A stretch of 43,050 nucleotides of DNA from an uncultured Candidatus Saccharibacteria bacterium. GTDB taxonomy: Bacteria; Patescibacteriota; Minisyncoccia; Phycocordibacterales; JABMNX01. A program made the translations under genes and the position numbers. The DNA is taken from NCBI GenBank assembly GCA_964575755.1, contig CAZNRH010000001.1, positions 181,347 to 224,396 on the forward strand, read 5' to 3'. Each line of letters starts with the position of its first letter. Positions within the stretch are counted from its first letter, which is position 1. The notes beneath the pieces are model-generated. The model saw only the letters and a program-made list of their open reading frames with translations. It was not told the DNA's origin and made no database searches. Positions 32,397-41,907 of this stretch are shown piece after piece.

Positions 32397-33485
32397 TTAG
32401 AGGGCTATATATTTTAAGCTAGCTTTGACAAGCTTTTTCATGTCATTGAATCGACCCTCAAATGAAGACCCGAGTACCACGGCGATAATAGGATGATTAA
32501 TTCCCGCATCAAATGCAATAGCTAGATTTCCTCCTGCTAAGTCAGTAAACCCTGTTTTTGAAGCTATTAGTCCTGGGATGTTACCGATACCTGAGTTGGT
32601 GTTGGTTGCGTTATATATAAATTGGTCTTCTGAAACAAAACTAAGATTTTTATACGCGGTCGCCTCTAGTAATTGTGGACGGTCTGAAATTATATAAGCT
32701 AAAAGTGATGCTATGTCTCTGGCAGAGCCATATCCTCCCCCAATATATGCATTTGCATCAAGTCCACTTTCGTTAATAAAATACGATTGCATTAACCCTA
32801 AAGACTGCGCCGTCTGATTCATTTTATTTACAAAGTTAACGTGATTATCAGTATCCTCTGTCTGCGTGTCGTTTATAAATGCTCCAGCAACTCCAGCAAT
32901 CGCATGCGCTCCGTCATTTGATGAAACAAGTAGCGTGTAGTCTAGTAAGTCTTTAAATTTCCATCGTTCGTTAGTATGAAAACCATTATCCCCATCTATT
33001 GCGATTGATGACTCATCTATTGTGATAATAGTCTCGTCTGAAATAAGAGTAGATGCCACTAAAGCCGTCATAAGTTTTGTAATTGATGCTAGGGGTAGCT
33101 GAGAGTGTTCGTTCTTTGAAAAAAGAATTTCTTTTGTATCTAAATCATATACATAAGCTGCTTTAGCTTCTATTGATATATGCTCAAATGGATTAATTGT
33201 AGTAGTAATAGTCTGCGGTGGGGTCGCCACTATTTTTTCTTTTTGAATATCAAAAATATTTTCATCAAACACAAACAGGCTTAAGATTAGAAGTCCACCT
33301 AATACCCCCATGCGAAGCAGTACAGAATCGTTCTTTGTTGATTCCGCAACTTTTGTGGTTTCTTGCTTAACGTCCTGGTCTTGGTCTCCGGACATGATTC
33401 CTTGCGAGGAATCAGACGTGATATTTTGCGAAATATCAGAATTGTCTGTTGGTTGTGTTATGTTTTTTTGTTTGTAGTTGTCCAT
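32397..33485 (-). CDS. D-alanyl-D-alanine carboxypeptidase (S11, PBP5/6-like)
   Basis: SITK (SxxK), SSND (SxN) and KTGFT (KTG) motifs. The N-terminal TM is preceded by a disordered segment that carries two hairpin modules. Confidence 0.85.
   Translation of the reverse strand: MDNYKQKNITQPTDNSDISQNITSDSSQGIMSGDQDQDVKQETTKVAESTKNDSVLLRMGVLGGLLILSLFVFDENIFDIQKEKIVATPPQTITTTINPFEHISIEAKAAYVYDLDTKEILFSKNEHSQLPLASITKLMTALVASTLISDETIITIDESSIAIDGDNGFHTNERWKFKDLLDYTLLVSSNDGAHAIAGVAGAFINDTQTEDTDNHVNFVNKMNQTAQSLGLMQSYFINESGLDANAYIGGGYGSARDIASLLAYIISDRPQLLEATAYKNLSFVSEDQFIYNATNTNSGIGNIPGLIASKTGFTDLAGGNLAIAFDAGINHPIIAVVLGSSFEGRFNDMKKLVKASLKYIAL
33396..33437 (-). repeat. two in-frame 18-nt hairpin modules in the N-terminal segment of the DD-carboxypeptidase gene
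   Basis: Sense GATATTT-CGCA-AAATATC (33420-33437) and GATTCCT-CGCA-AGGAATC (33396-33413), both perfect 7-bp stems. They encode DISQNI and DSSQGI and are followed by ATGTCCGGAGACCAA. Confidence 0.85.
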
Positions 33486-33494
33486 TTTTACTAT

Positions 33495-34148
33495 TTAAGC
33501 TTCTGAGTCTGCGGTTTCTTGGGTAGCGCTTTGGTCTCCGGACATGATGTCTTGCGAAGATGATCCGTCTTTGGACGTGATATTTTGCGAAATATCAAAA
33601 GCCCTTATCTCTTTTTGTACATCATCATATTCTGGAAGTTCATTAATGTTGGATATTCCAAGAAGTGATAGAAGTGAAAATGTTGGGCGATATAGAAAAC
33701 TACGTGCGTCTTCAGGGTTTGGCATTTTTTCGATTAGTCCACGTACCATTAGATTTCTAATAATAAACGTTGAGTTTACTCCGCGTATATAATCTATACC
33801 CGCTCTAGTTATGGGTGATTGGTATGCAATAATAGAAAGTGTTTCTAGCCCAGCCTTTCCGATATCTTTTGAAAGCTCCTCCTTTCGTAATTCAAGAAGG
33901 ATATCAGAATATTTAAGTGCTGTGCGTAGTGCTACACTGTCGTTTAATTCCACCAGAATGATTCCACGACCAGAGAGGGCTACTTTAAGTTCAGAAATAC
34001 CTGTATCTATTTCATCAGCATTCTTTTTAAGTGTTTTTTCGAGCCACGTTTTCTTTACGGGTTCATTTTTAAAGAACAAAACAGCCTCTATTTTTCTACT
34101 GAGGTCATCTTTTGCGTTAATTTCTGGGCTGTTTGTTAATTCATCCAT
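33495..34148 (-). CDS. scpB: segregation and condensation protein B
   Basis: IEAVLF....P........L and ETLSIIAYQSPITRAGIDYIRGV are winged-helix motifs typical of ScpB. Confidence 0.85.
   Translation of the reverse strand: MDELTNSPEINAKDDLSRKIEAVLFFKNEPVKKTWLEKTLKKNADEIDTGISELKVALSGRGIILVELNDSVALRTALKYSDILLELRKEELSKDIGKAGLETLSIIAYQSPITRAGIDYIRGVNSTFIIRNLMVRGLIEKMPNPEDARSFLYRPTFSLLSLLGISNINELPEYDDVQKEIRAFDISQNITSKDGSSSQDIMSGDQSATQETADSEA
33546..33596 (-). repeat. hairpin modules in the C-terminal tail of scpB (one perfect, one degenerate)
   Basis: Sense GATATTT-CGCA-AAATATC (33579-33596) is perfect. The second module (33546-33565) keeps CGCA-AGACATC, but its 5' arm has mutated. A 23-nt stretch, GATATTTCGCAAAATATCACGTC, is identical to the copy 159 nt downstream in the next gene. 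Confidence 0.8.
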
Positions 34149-34160
34149 TTTAGATATTTT

Positions 34161-34934
34161 TTATTCGTATTTTGGGGTTTCGACCGAGTCAGACTCCATT
34201 GTAATATCCGAGAAAGTTTTTTCTTGAGTTAGGCTGATGATGCCCTGTTTTGCAAGTTCAAGCATTGCAAGAAAACCAACTATTATTTCAACCTTCTCAC
34301 CTTTACCTATATTTGAAAACTCGGAAAAACTAACTTGAAGATTCTTTGTTATGCGGTCCGTAAGATTATCTATCATTTCTTCGATACTTACAACTTTTTT
34401 GACAACAGCTTCAGGAATGAAGTTTACCTTAGGGAGTTTTTTAAGAACCTGCATTATGTTATCTCGTAAAGAATCTTTAGAAAAATTATTTGGTGGAGAA
34501 AATATTGGTTCAGAATTTATACCAAAAGATTTAGCTTCTTCTGCTTCAAGTAACACGTTTTTTCCAAACTTTTCTTGAACATGTTGAGAGAGTTCTTTAT
34601 TTCGTTTAAATAACCTGAGTCTCTTTTCAAGACTCTCAATCCCCTCTTCCTCTTCTTCTGTAAGCTCAAGTGTGGGGAGTAAAGATTTTGATTTAACAAG
34701 AAGTAGTGTAGAGGCAACGAGAATAAAGGTAGATGTTCTAGAAATTGGGAATTCTTTTTGATCCTCTATATGTTTTATATAGTCATCAGTGACTGTTGCT
34801 AGAGATACGTCATTGATTGGTAATTTCCTTTTTTCTATTAAAGAAAGTAATAATTCTAATGGACCCTCAAAACCATCCATCTTAATACTAAAATCTTTAG
34901 TATTTGTTGTTGTATTTTCTTCTATATTTTCCAT
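34161..34934 (-). CDS. scpA: segregation and condensation protein A
   Basis: The FEGPLELLLSLIEKRKL.INDVSLA.VTDDY motif is typical of ScpA. Confidence 0.85.
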   Translation of the reverse strand: MENIEENTTTNTKDFSIKMDGFEGPLELLLSLIEKRKLPINDVSLATVTDDYIKHIEDQKEFPISRTSTFILVASTLLLVKSKSLLPTLELTEEEEEGIESLEKRLRLFKRNKELSQHVQEKFGKNVLLEAEEAKSFGINSEPIFSPPNNFSKDSLRDNIMQVLKKLPKVNFIPEAVVKKVVSIEEMIDNLTDRITKNLQVSFSEFSNIGKGEKVEIIVGFLAMLELAKQGIISLTQEKTFSDITMESDSVETPKYE

Positions 34935-34978
34935 TTTTAAATTTCCTAAAACCTGAAAGCTAACACCTATAACCTAAT

Positions 34979-36382
34979 TTAATATTCTTCAATGAATCTA
35001 GTAAGTAGTCTCACTGGTTCTCCAGCGGCTCCATTAGAGAGATTATCACTAGGTACTGTTGTCATGCGCGGTGCTATATCTATATGTGCCCATACACACC
35101 CCCTGGGATAGTTTTTTGTGAATTGGTATAGAAACATTCCTCCGTTAATAGCTCCTCCATATCTTGGGTTCTTTGTAGCGAGGTTAGCTACATCAGCTAT
35201 TCTTCCTTGTACACCTTCGTTATATTCCTCCCATAGAGGTAGTGGCCAAACATAGTCCCCTGTTTCCTCTCCAAATTGAGTAAGTTTTGCCACTAAATTA
35301 CTGTCTTGAGACATTACAACAGATGCTTGTTGACCTAATGCCACAAGAGATGCTCCTGTAAGTGTTGCTACATCTATAACTGCTTTTGGATTGTATTTCT
35401 TTGCGTATGTTAGTGCATCAGCTAATACAAGCCTCCCCTCCGCATCAGTATCTACTACTTCAATAGTTTTCCCTGACATAGATTTAAGTACGTCTCCTGG
35501 ACGAAATGAGCTTCCTGACACCATGTTTTCAACTGAAGGAATTAAAGCGATCACATTTTTCTTTAATTTAAGGCGCGCCACGAGTGCGATTGTCGCCATA
35601 ACTGCGGCACCGCCAGACATATCCATATGCATTCCGGATAACCCACCGCCTATTTTTAAATTAAGTCCACCGCTGTCAAAAGTAACTCCTTTACCTACAA
35701 GCACAATTGGTTTTTCGCTTTTCTTTCCACCTTTATATTCCATAACAATAAACTTCGGTTCTTCTGGTGAACCTTTTGCAACTCCAAGAATTGCACCCAT
35801 TTTTAATTTTTCTAGTTCTTTTTTACCAAGAGATGAAGTCTGTATTTTTGTATTTCTAGAAAGTCTTTTAGCGTGAGCTGTTAATATTCTAGGTGTCATA
35901 TCGCCACCCGGAGTGTTCGACATAAGTCTGCACTCGTTAACCATTTCTCCAATTACCCTACCTTTAGCTATACCTTTTTTAATTTCAGAACTTTTTACGT
36001 TTGTAATAGATATTTCCTCTATATCTCCCCAGCCTGCTTTTGGTTTAGTTTTAAAATCATGGAACTCGTAACCAGCCATCAGTAAATTTTGTGCAACAAT
36101 AGACCCGAGCTCTTTTGGAGCCAAGTTTGATATGTTTTTAAACTCATTAATATCTATAGATATCTTATTTACTTTATATAACTTGGCTGTTCGAACAACT
36201 CTCCTAATGACTTTTATAAATTTCCGGAAGTTATCTTTCTCTGCTTTTACTATCTTTATTTCAATTCTAGTTAGTTTTTTTGCATCCTCAATAAATCTAG
36301 TTTGCCCTTTTTCAGTGAAAGTTATTTGAGTTATTTTACTAGGTTGTTTTACAGTTTTTTTTTCTTGCGTAGTTATTTTCAT
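34979..36382 (-). CDS. pepA: leucyl aminopeptidase (M17)
   Basis: VGKGVTFDSGGLNLK and VDTDAEGRLVLADAL are M17 active-site motifs. The start is the 3' ATG of element C4. Confidence 0.9.
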   Translation of the reverse strand: MKITTQEKKTVKQPSKITQITFTEKGQTRFIEDAKKLTRIEIKIVKAEKDNFRKFIKVIRRVVRTAKLYKVNKISIDINEFKNISNLAPKELGSIVAQNLLMAGYEFHDFKTKPKAGWGDIEEISITNVKSSEIKKGIAKGRVIGEMVNECRLMSNTPGGDMTPRILTAHAKRLSRNTKIQTSSLGKKELEKLKMGAILGVAKGSPEEPKFIVMEYKGGKKSEKPIVLVGKGVTFDSGGLNLKIGGGLSGMHMDMSGGAAVMATIALVARLKLKKNVIALIPSVENMVSGSSFRPGDVLKSMSGKTIEVVDTDAEGRLVLADALTYAKKYNPKAVIDVATLTGASLVALGQQASVVMSQDSNLVAKLTQFGEETGDYVWPLPLWEEYNEGVQGRIADVANLATKNPRYGGAINGGMFLYQFTKNYPRGCVWAHIDIAPRMTTVPSDNLSNGAAGEPVRLLTRFIEEY

Positions 36383-36500
36383 CCCGATAGTAATAGGACA
36401 CCGACTTAAACAGTCTTTGTACTAAAATTAAACTTTTTGTTAATAATTAATTTTGTTTTCATATATTATGTTTATGTCCGTGATTTCGTACGGTATTCAT
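36380..36500 (-). repeat. start-codon-anchored helix element, copy C4 (between the aspS stop and the pepA start)
   Basis: The sense 5' arm ATACCGTACGAAAT (36483-36496) faces a partly decayed 3' arm ATTACTATCGGGAT (36381-36394). The second helix is GGACAT with GTGTCC. Mini-ORF at 36406-36462. The 5' ATG lies 10 nt after the aspS stop. Confidence 0.8.
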
Positions 36501-36510
36501 TCTTTATAGG

Positions 36511-37809
36511 TTATTCGGATAACAGAGTATCTATTCGATTCATTTCTCGCGGAAAGAGCGTAGCCTCTTTAACATTATCTAAGTTAAGAATCTTTTGAGT
36601 AAGACGCTCAAGACCCATTCCCCATCCTCCATGAGGTGGCATGCCGTATTTAAATGCTTGTAGATAAAATGAGAAATCTTCAGGGTTCATACCTTTTTCT
36701 TTTATTTTCCCTACGAGACTCTCGTAGTCATGAACTCGTTGACCACCTGTTGTGATTTCAACTCCACGGAATAACAAGTCAAAGCTTTTTGTGTACCCTT
36801 TGTCATCTTCATCCTCAAATGTATAAAACGGTCGCTTAGAAACTGGATAATGCGTGATGAAAATAAAATCTGAATCAAATTCTTTAAGTACATACTCAGA
36901 CAACCATCTTTCATGTGCTGGTTCAAGGTCTGGCTCGTTAGCGCAATCTTTTCCTGTATCTTTTGAAATTAGCTCGAGTGCTTCCCTTAGTTTCATTGTC
37001 GGAATCTTTTTTGGTATTTTAAGCTCACTCGCTTCTTTCACAGCTTCCCCTATATGCCTCATTACATCTGTTAGTACGTCCATTATGTCTGTGTGGTCTT
37101 TAATAAACCCAAACTCAGCATCAATACTCGTGTATTCGTTAAGGTGTCTCGTGGTGCTGTGTTTCTCTGCTCTAAAAACGGTACCTGTGGAGAACACTTT
37201 CTCAAATGCACCAACCATTATTTGTTTGTACAACTGAGGGCTTGTAGCCAGATACGCGGTGTTGTCTTTAAAATATTCAACCTTAAAGACATTAGCACCT
37301 CCTTCCGCATCTCCACCAACTAATTTAGGGGTTTGAAATTCTGTAAAACCTTTTTTAGTCAAGGCTTCTCTATAAGCTTTAATTATTATTGCTTGAGTTT
37401 TAAATATTTTCCGAGATTTTTCTGACCGCAATGTTAGTGGCATGTAGTCAAGATACGTATCAAGATTGAGTTCTGTGTCTTTTTCAAATGGAAGCTCAGA
37501 AGCCTTTGAAAGTACTTGTATTTCTGTAATTTCAAGTTCAATATATCCATTATCTACATCTTTGTTCACCATTTTTTCTGGACGTTTATTTACTTTACCT
37601 GTAACGGAAACAACCCACTCTGGACGTAGTATTTTTGCTATTTCAAGAACCTCTGGCTTACCAAAAACGACACCTTGTATAAAACCAGTTCCATCACGAA
37701 AGTCGAAAAAAGCCATTTTGCCTTGATTTCGTGCAACATCCACCCACACAGATATGGTTACTTCTTTGTCTATATTATCTTTAAGATTTTTTATTTCAGT
37801 TCTTTCCAT
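36511..37809 (-). CDS. aspS: class IIb aminoacyl-tRNA synthetase, archaeal-type AspRS (AsnRS not excluded)
   Basis: OB-fold N-terminus, the motif-2 region FRAEKHSTTRHLNEYTSIDAEFGF and motif-3 PPHGGWGMGLERL. At 432 aa the length fits type-2 AspRS. Confidence 0.8.
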   Translation of the reverse strand: MERTEIKNLKDNIDKEVTISVWVDVARNQGKMAFFDFRDGTGFIQGVVFGKPEVLEIAKILRPEWVVSVTGKVNKRPEKMVNKDVDNGYIELEITEIQVLSKASELPFEKDTELNLDTYLDYMPLTLRSEKSRKIFKTQAIIIKAYREALTKKGFTEFQTPKLVGGDAEGGANVFKVEYFKDNTAYLATSPQLYKQIMVGAFEKVFSTGTVFRAEKHSTTRHLNEYTSIDAEFGFIKDHTDIMDVLTDVMRHIGEAVKEASELKIPKKIPTMKLREALELISKDTGKDCANEPDLEPAHERWLSEYVLKEFDSDFIFITHYPVSKRPFYTFEDEDDKGYTKSFDLLFRGVEITTGGQRVHDYESLVGKIKEKGMNPEDFSFYLQAFKYGMPPHGGWGMGLERLTQKILNLDNVKEATLFPREMNRIDTLLSE

Positions 37810-37827
37810 ACTAAATTATTTACTTGA

Positions 37828-38781
37828 TTAGCTTGTTATTATTCCAATTTTTTCTCGTACTTCTTTCATTTTGTTTTCAGCTTGAGCTCGTGCTTTTTCT
37901 CCTCCCTTCTTTAAAATATCCAGAACATACTCTTGATTTTTCTCAAAGTCAGCTCGTTTTTCTCGTAAAGGTGCGATGAATGCGTCGATATCTTCGATTA
38001 AAGATTCTTTAAGAACTTTATAACTTCCCTCATTTTCCTTATAAAGAGATTCTAGCTCAGCTTCAGATTTAAATAGAGTATGGATAGCGTAGACGTGTTC
38101 TGGACGTCCGCCAGATGAGTCGGTCACGACACTCATAACTTGTTTTATTATTTCATCCCGTGAAGCAAAAAGTGGAATAGTGTTTTCATAACTTTTACTC
38201 ATCTTTCGTCCATCGATTCCAGGAGTAGTTGCAACACCTTCTTTAATAAGGGCTTCTGGGAGTACAAAAGTTTCACCATATTTGTTATTAAATTTTTGTG
38301 CTATGTCACGAGCAATTTCAACATGTTGTTTTTGATCCTTACCTACTGGAACTACTTGTGCACCAAACATAAGGATGTCTGCCGCCATAAGCACAGGATA
38401 ATCAAATAGGCCAACCGAGGCTTCAATACCTTGTTCTACTTTATCTTTGTATGCAACAGCCCGTGATAGATATGGAACTGTTATAAGAGTATTGAAAATC
38501 CATGTAAGTTCAGTGACTTGCGGAACATCTGACTGCATGAAGAGCGTCACCCTGTCTGGATCAAGTCCTATTGCAAAGTGGTCGATAACTGAGTCCAAGG
38601 TGTCTTCTTTAAGCTTCTGTGGGTCACTTGCTGTTGTTAGCGCGTGGTAGTTAACTATTGAGATTGTTGCATCGTGAGAGCCTTGAAGGTCAACAAATTG
38701 CTTCATTGCCCCAAAATAATTACCGATGTGTAATCGGCCTGATGGCTGTATGCCTGAGAATAAGACTTTTTTGTCGCTCAT
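37828..38781 (-). CDS. trpS: tryptophanyl-tRNA synthetase
   Basis: FSGIQPSGRLHIGNYFGA (HIGH-type) and KMSKS (GRKMSKSYEN). Confidence 0.9.
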   Translation of the reverse strand: MSDKKVLFSGIQPSGRLHIGNYFGAMKQFVDLQGSHDATISIVNYHALTTASDPQKLKEDTLDSVIDHFAIGLDPDRVTLFMQSDVPQVTELTWIFNTLITVPYLSRAVAYKDKVEQGIEASVGLFDYPVLMAADILMFGAQVVPVGKDQKQHVEIARDIAQKFNNKYGETFVLPEALIKEGVATTPGIDGRKMSKSYENTIPLFASRDEIIKQVMSVVTDSSGGRPEHVYAIHTLFKSEAELESLYKENEGSYKVLKESLIEDIDAFIAPLREKRADFEKNQEYVLDILKKGGEKARAQAENKMKEVREKIGIITS

Positions 38782-38864
38782 ATCTCAAAATACTACCAGA
38801 AAATGGCGATTTTGAAAGCTTTTTACTCTAATATCATGCTTTGGCGATATCTACCTCATTAATT

Positions 38865-38894
38865 TTAAATGCCCCAAGTACCTGGGGCATTTAA
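38865..38894 (-). terminator. hairpin TTAAATGCCCCA-(6 nt)-TGGGGCATTTAA
   Basis: Perfect stem downstream of tyrS. It is related to the hairpins at 23654-23679 and 42915-42947. Confidence 0.65.
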
Positions 38895-38920
38895 ATATTG
38901 ATACATTATGATGATGTATT

Positions 38921-40195
38921 CTAACTTTCGAACGTTATAACTATTTTCTTTTTTTTACCTACACAAATCATTGCAATTGGTGACGAGAAATCAGATGCTT
39001 GTATGACTTGCTCTTGATTATCTACAACAACACCATCTACTCGTATAGCTTTGTTTTGAATAAGTTCCCTAGCCTCTCGCTTACTGGAAGAAAGTTTATT
39101 ATCGACAAGCAAGTCTACTATATTGGAACTGCTTGATATTTTTACCAAGGTGGCATATTTTTTTACGAGGGCTTTGTCTGTATCGCTTAATTCATCCAGC
39201 GATGTGTTTGAGAATATTAACTCTGAAACTTTTTCTACATCAGAAGCAATCTCCTCTCCGTACACAAACTTAATTACTTCGTAAGAAAGCTTTCTTTGTG
39301 CCGAGCGTGAACTCGCGTCTTCTTTAAAGGTTTTCTCAATGTCAGATATTTCTAATAAAGGAAGGAATGTAAAAATTTTAAGGTAATCTATCACTGCACT
39401 GTCATCAGTGTGTATCCAAAATTGATAGAAATCATAGTGGCTCGTTTTCTCTGGGTTAAGCCACACAGCATTTCCTTCACTCTTGCCAAATTTTTTTCCA
39501 GTGAGCTTATCTACAATAAGTGGAACAGTAAAACCATACACTGTTTTTCCAGTCTTTTTTCTAATTAAATCTATTCCTGAAACTATATTACCCCACTGGT
39601 CAGAGCCACCAATTTGAAGATCACAACCTTTCTCTTTGTTTAAGTGGTAATAGTCATAACCTTGGATCAAGGCGTATGAAAACTCAGTGAATGAAATACC
39701 AGACTCGCTCTGCAGTCGTCTGGATACAGATTCCTTTTTTATAAGTGAATTTACTGTGTAGTGTTTCCCAACGTCTCTTAGAAACTCAAGTACTGGCATG
39801 TCTTTAAACCAGTCGTAGTTGTTGACCATTTCCATTTTAGATAAACCTTTTATAGTGCTCAACTGCTCGTGTAGTTTGTCTGCCATCATCTTCACGTCAT
39901 TGACGTCAGAAAACTCTCTTTCGGTATCTTTACCAGATGGGTCGCCTATAAGCCCGGTGGCACCGCCAACAAGGAGTATTACTTTATGTCCAGCCTGCGT
40001 AAGATGTTCCGCGACTATATAGGTTACTAAATTACCAACATGTATAGAGTCTGCTGTGGGGTCAACTCCTAAGTAAGCCACTCTTGTTTCTGAATCGTTA
40101 AAAATCTCAGAAGTATCTTCTGGAGAACTTTGATATAAGAGACCTCTTTCACGTAGTTCCTCCCCCAGGTTATTTTTTTTATTTCCCGTATTCAT
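38921..40195 (-). CDS. tyrS: tyrosyl-tRNA synthetase
   Basis: YLGVDPTADSIHVGNL (HIGH-type), KFGKSEGN (KMSKS-type) and a C-terminal S4 domain. Confidence 0.9.
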   Translation of the reverse strand: MNTGNKKNNLGEELRERGLLYQSSPEDTSEIFNDSETRVAYLGVDPTADSIHVGNLVTYIVAEHLTQAGHKVILLVGGATGLIGDPSGKDTEREFSDVNDVKMMADKLHEQLSTIKGLSKMEMVNNYDWFKDMPVLEFLRDVGKHYTVNSLIKKESVSRRLQSESGISFTEFSYALIQGYDYYHLNKEKGCDLQIGGSDQWGNIVSGIDLIRKKTGKTVYGFTVPLIVDKLTGKKFGKSEGNAVWLNPEKTSHYDFYQFWIHTDDSAVIDYLKIFTFLPLLEISDIEKTFKEDASSRSAQRKLSYEVIKFVYGEEIASDVEKVSELIFSNTSLDELSDTDKALVKKYATLVKISSSSNIVDLLVDNKLSSSKREARELIQNKAIRVDGVVVDNQEQVIQASDFSSPIAMICVGKKKKIVITFES

Positions 40196-40262
40196 AATGG
40201 TTAAGTATCTATGATAATATACTTGTTTTTATATTTTTCCAACAAGTCTATATTATAAAATG

Positions 40263-41849
40263 CTATACAGCTTTTAATTCAACAAAGAAAGATGAGCCCT
40301 TACCTTCCCCGTCTGACTCTGCCCATATTTTACCGCCGTGAGCCTCTATCATTTGTTTAGCTACATATAGCCCTAAACCTGTTCCATATACGTTTACTTT
40401 ATGAGCGTTATCTGCACGGACAAATTTATCAAATAGTACACTTTGTGTTTCTTTTGAAATACCTACTCCAGTATCCTTTACCATTAAAAGTATGTGACCA
40501 TTATTTTCTGATACAGAGACCAAAATACTTCCTTTTGGAGTATATTTTATAGAGTTATCTATAAGGTTACTAAACACCTGTTTGATTTTCCCTAGGTCGG
40601 CATTAACCATGAGTAGGTTGGTACTAATTGTCTTTAAAGATAATGTGAGGTTTTTCTTTTCTGCTGTTGGGGTAAGTTCATCTACAACAGTCTTCGCAAG
40701 ATCAGCTATATTAAAATCTGTTTTGTTATATTTCATTCTTCCTTGTTCAATACGAGAAACGTCAAGAAAATCTTCAACAGAATCAGTCATTAGATTAGTT
40801 GATTCAAATATGCGAGATACTATGTCTTTTGCTTTTTCTGGGAACTTTCCATACGAGCCTTCAAGCAACATAGAGGCATAACCCTTCATTGCTGTAAGAG
40901 GGCTTCTGAGTTGGTGTGATGCAATAGATACAAACTCTGACTTGCGCTCATCAAGCTCTTTCAGTCGCACATTAGCCTTCTCTAAATCTTCTGCAAGAAC
41001 TTCAATTTTTTCACGTTGTTCCACCTCTTTACGTACGCTCTGTATAAGAAAGTACCCTATAAATATAATTCCTACCAGAAATATAATATTCAATAGCTGC
41101 TCTTCTTGATTTGCAGATAACAATACTCTTGCGAACATAAAGATCCATAAACTGAAAATAAGAAGTTCCGTAGCAATTACTTTAATGTTGAATAGACGGT
41201 GTTTAAGTACAGCGTAAGCAACCATTACAACATAAAAAGAAACTAGTATATTTCCATAAGGAGGAATTGGAATATCAAACCATAAAAAATAATTTGTACT
41301 CCCACCGATATATCCAATCATAGTTCCTATAAGTATAAATAGTATCTGAGAACGTTTATCTCCAGTTGAATTAATAAATTTTTTGAATAACAAATAGAGT
41401 CCATAGATAACATAAAAGAACCATATAATTAAGAAAGGTAAGTAGTACGGTCCAGCATCAGGCCAAAACAAGAAAGATAATTTGGAAGAAACTCCGCTAA
41501 TAAAAAATGGGGTAAAGTTTATAAATACAAACACGAAAGCAAAAAAATATCCTGTTCTTACGAGAAGTTTTTTATTTTTATTTTCTCCTAAAAACGAAAC
41601 AACAAAATGAAAATAAAAAAATGGTATAAATATCGCAATAGCCATAAAAACCCTTGACCACATAAGAGCCTCAGTAGGGGTAGTAGAAATCATCCAAAAG
41701 AAATATCCTACACTCCACGCCCCAACTGCAAGGGCAAACAAGGAAAAAGTTATGTTCTTTTTTTCTTTATAGCCACGTGCGAATATCAAGAAGCTAATGA
41801 TAATACTCGTAACGGCATTTATAATTGCGGCTGCTGTGAAAAAATTCAT
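40263..41849 (-). CDS. sensor histidine kinase with a multi-TM (7TM-type) N-terminal domain
   Basis: HisKA H-box SHQLRSPLT plus HATPase_c N, G1 and G2 boxes (NLIDNSIKYT, DTGVGI, GTGLGL). No response regulator gene is adjacent. Confidence 0.85.
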   Translation of the reverse strand: MNFFTAAAIINAVTSIIISFLIFARGYKEKKNITFSLFALAVGAWSVGYFFWMISTTPTEALMWSRVFMAIAIFIPFFYFHFVVSFLGENKNKKLLVRTGYFFAFVFVFINFTPFFISGVSSKLSFLFWPDAGPYYLPFLIIWFFYVIYGLYLLFKKFINSTGDKRSQILFILIGTMIGYIGGSTNYFLWFDIPIPPYGNILVSFYVVMVAYAVLKHRLFNIKVIATELLIFSLWIFMFARVLLSANQEEQLLNIIFLVGIIFIGYFLIQSVRKEVEQREKIEVLAEDLEKANVRLKELDERKSEFVSIASHQLRSPLTAMKGYASMLLEGSYGKFPEKAKDIVSRIFESTNLMTDSVEDFLDVSRIEQGRMKYNKTDFNIADLAKTVVDELTPTAEKKNLTLSLKTISTNLLMVNADLGKIKQVFSNLIDNSIKYTPKGSILVSVSENNGHILLMVKDTGVGISKETQSVLFDKFVRADNAHKVNVYGTGLGLYVAKQMIEAHGGKIWAESDGEGKGSSFFVELKAV

Positions 41850-41866
41850 AATCTATAATAAAAAAC

Positions 41867-41907
41867 GACGACAGATATTGTTACTAAATCGTAACATATC
41901 TGTCGTC
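41867..41907 (-). terminator. 18-bp perfect stem GACGACAGATATTGTTAC-(6 nt)-GTAACATATCTGTCGTC followed by a T-run on the minus strand
   Basis: Verified base by base. One arm touches the stop codon of the methyltransferase gene. Confidence 0.8.
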
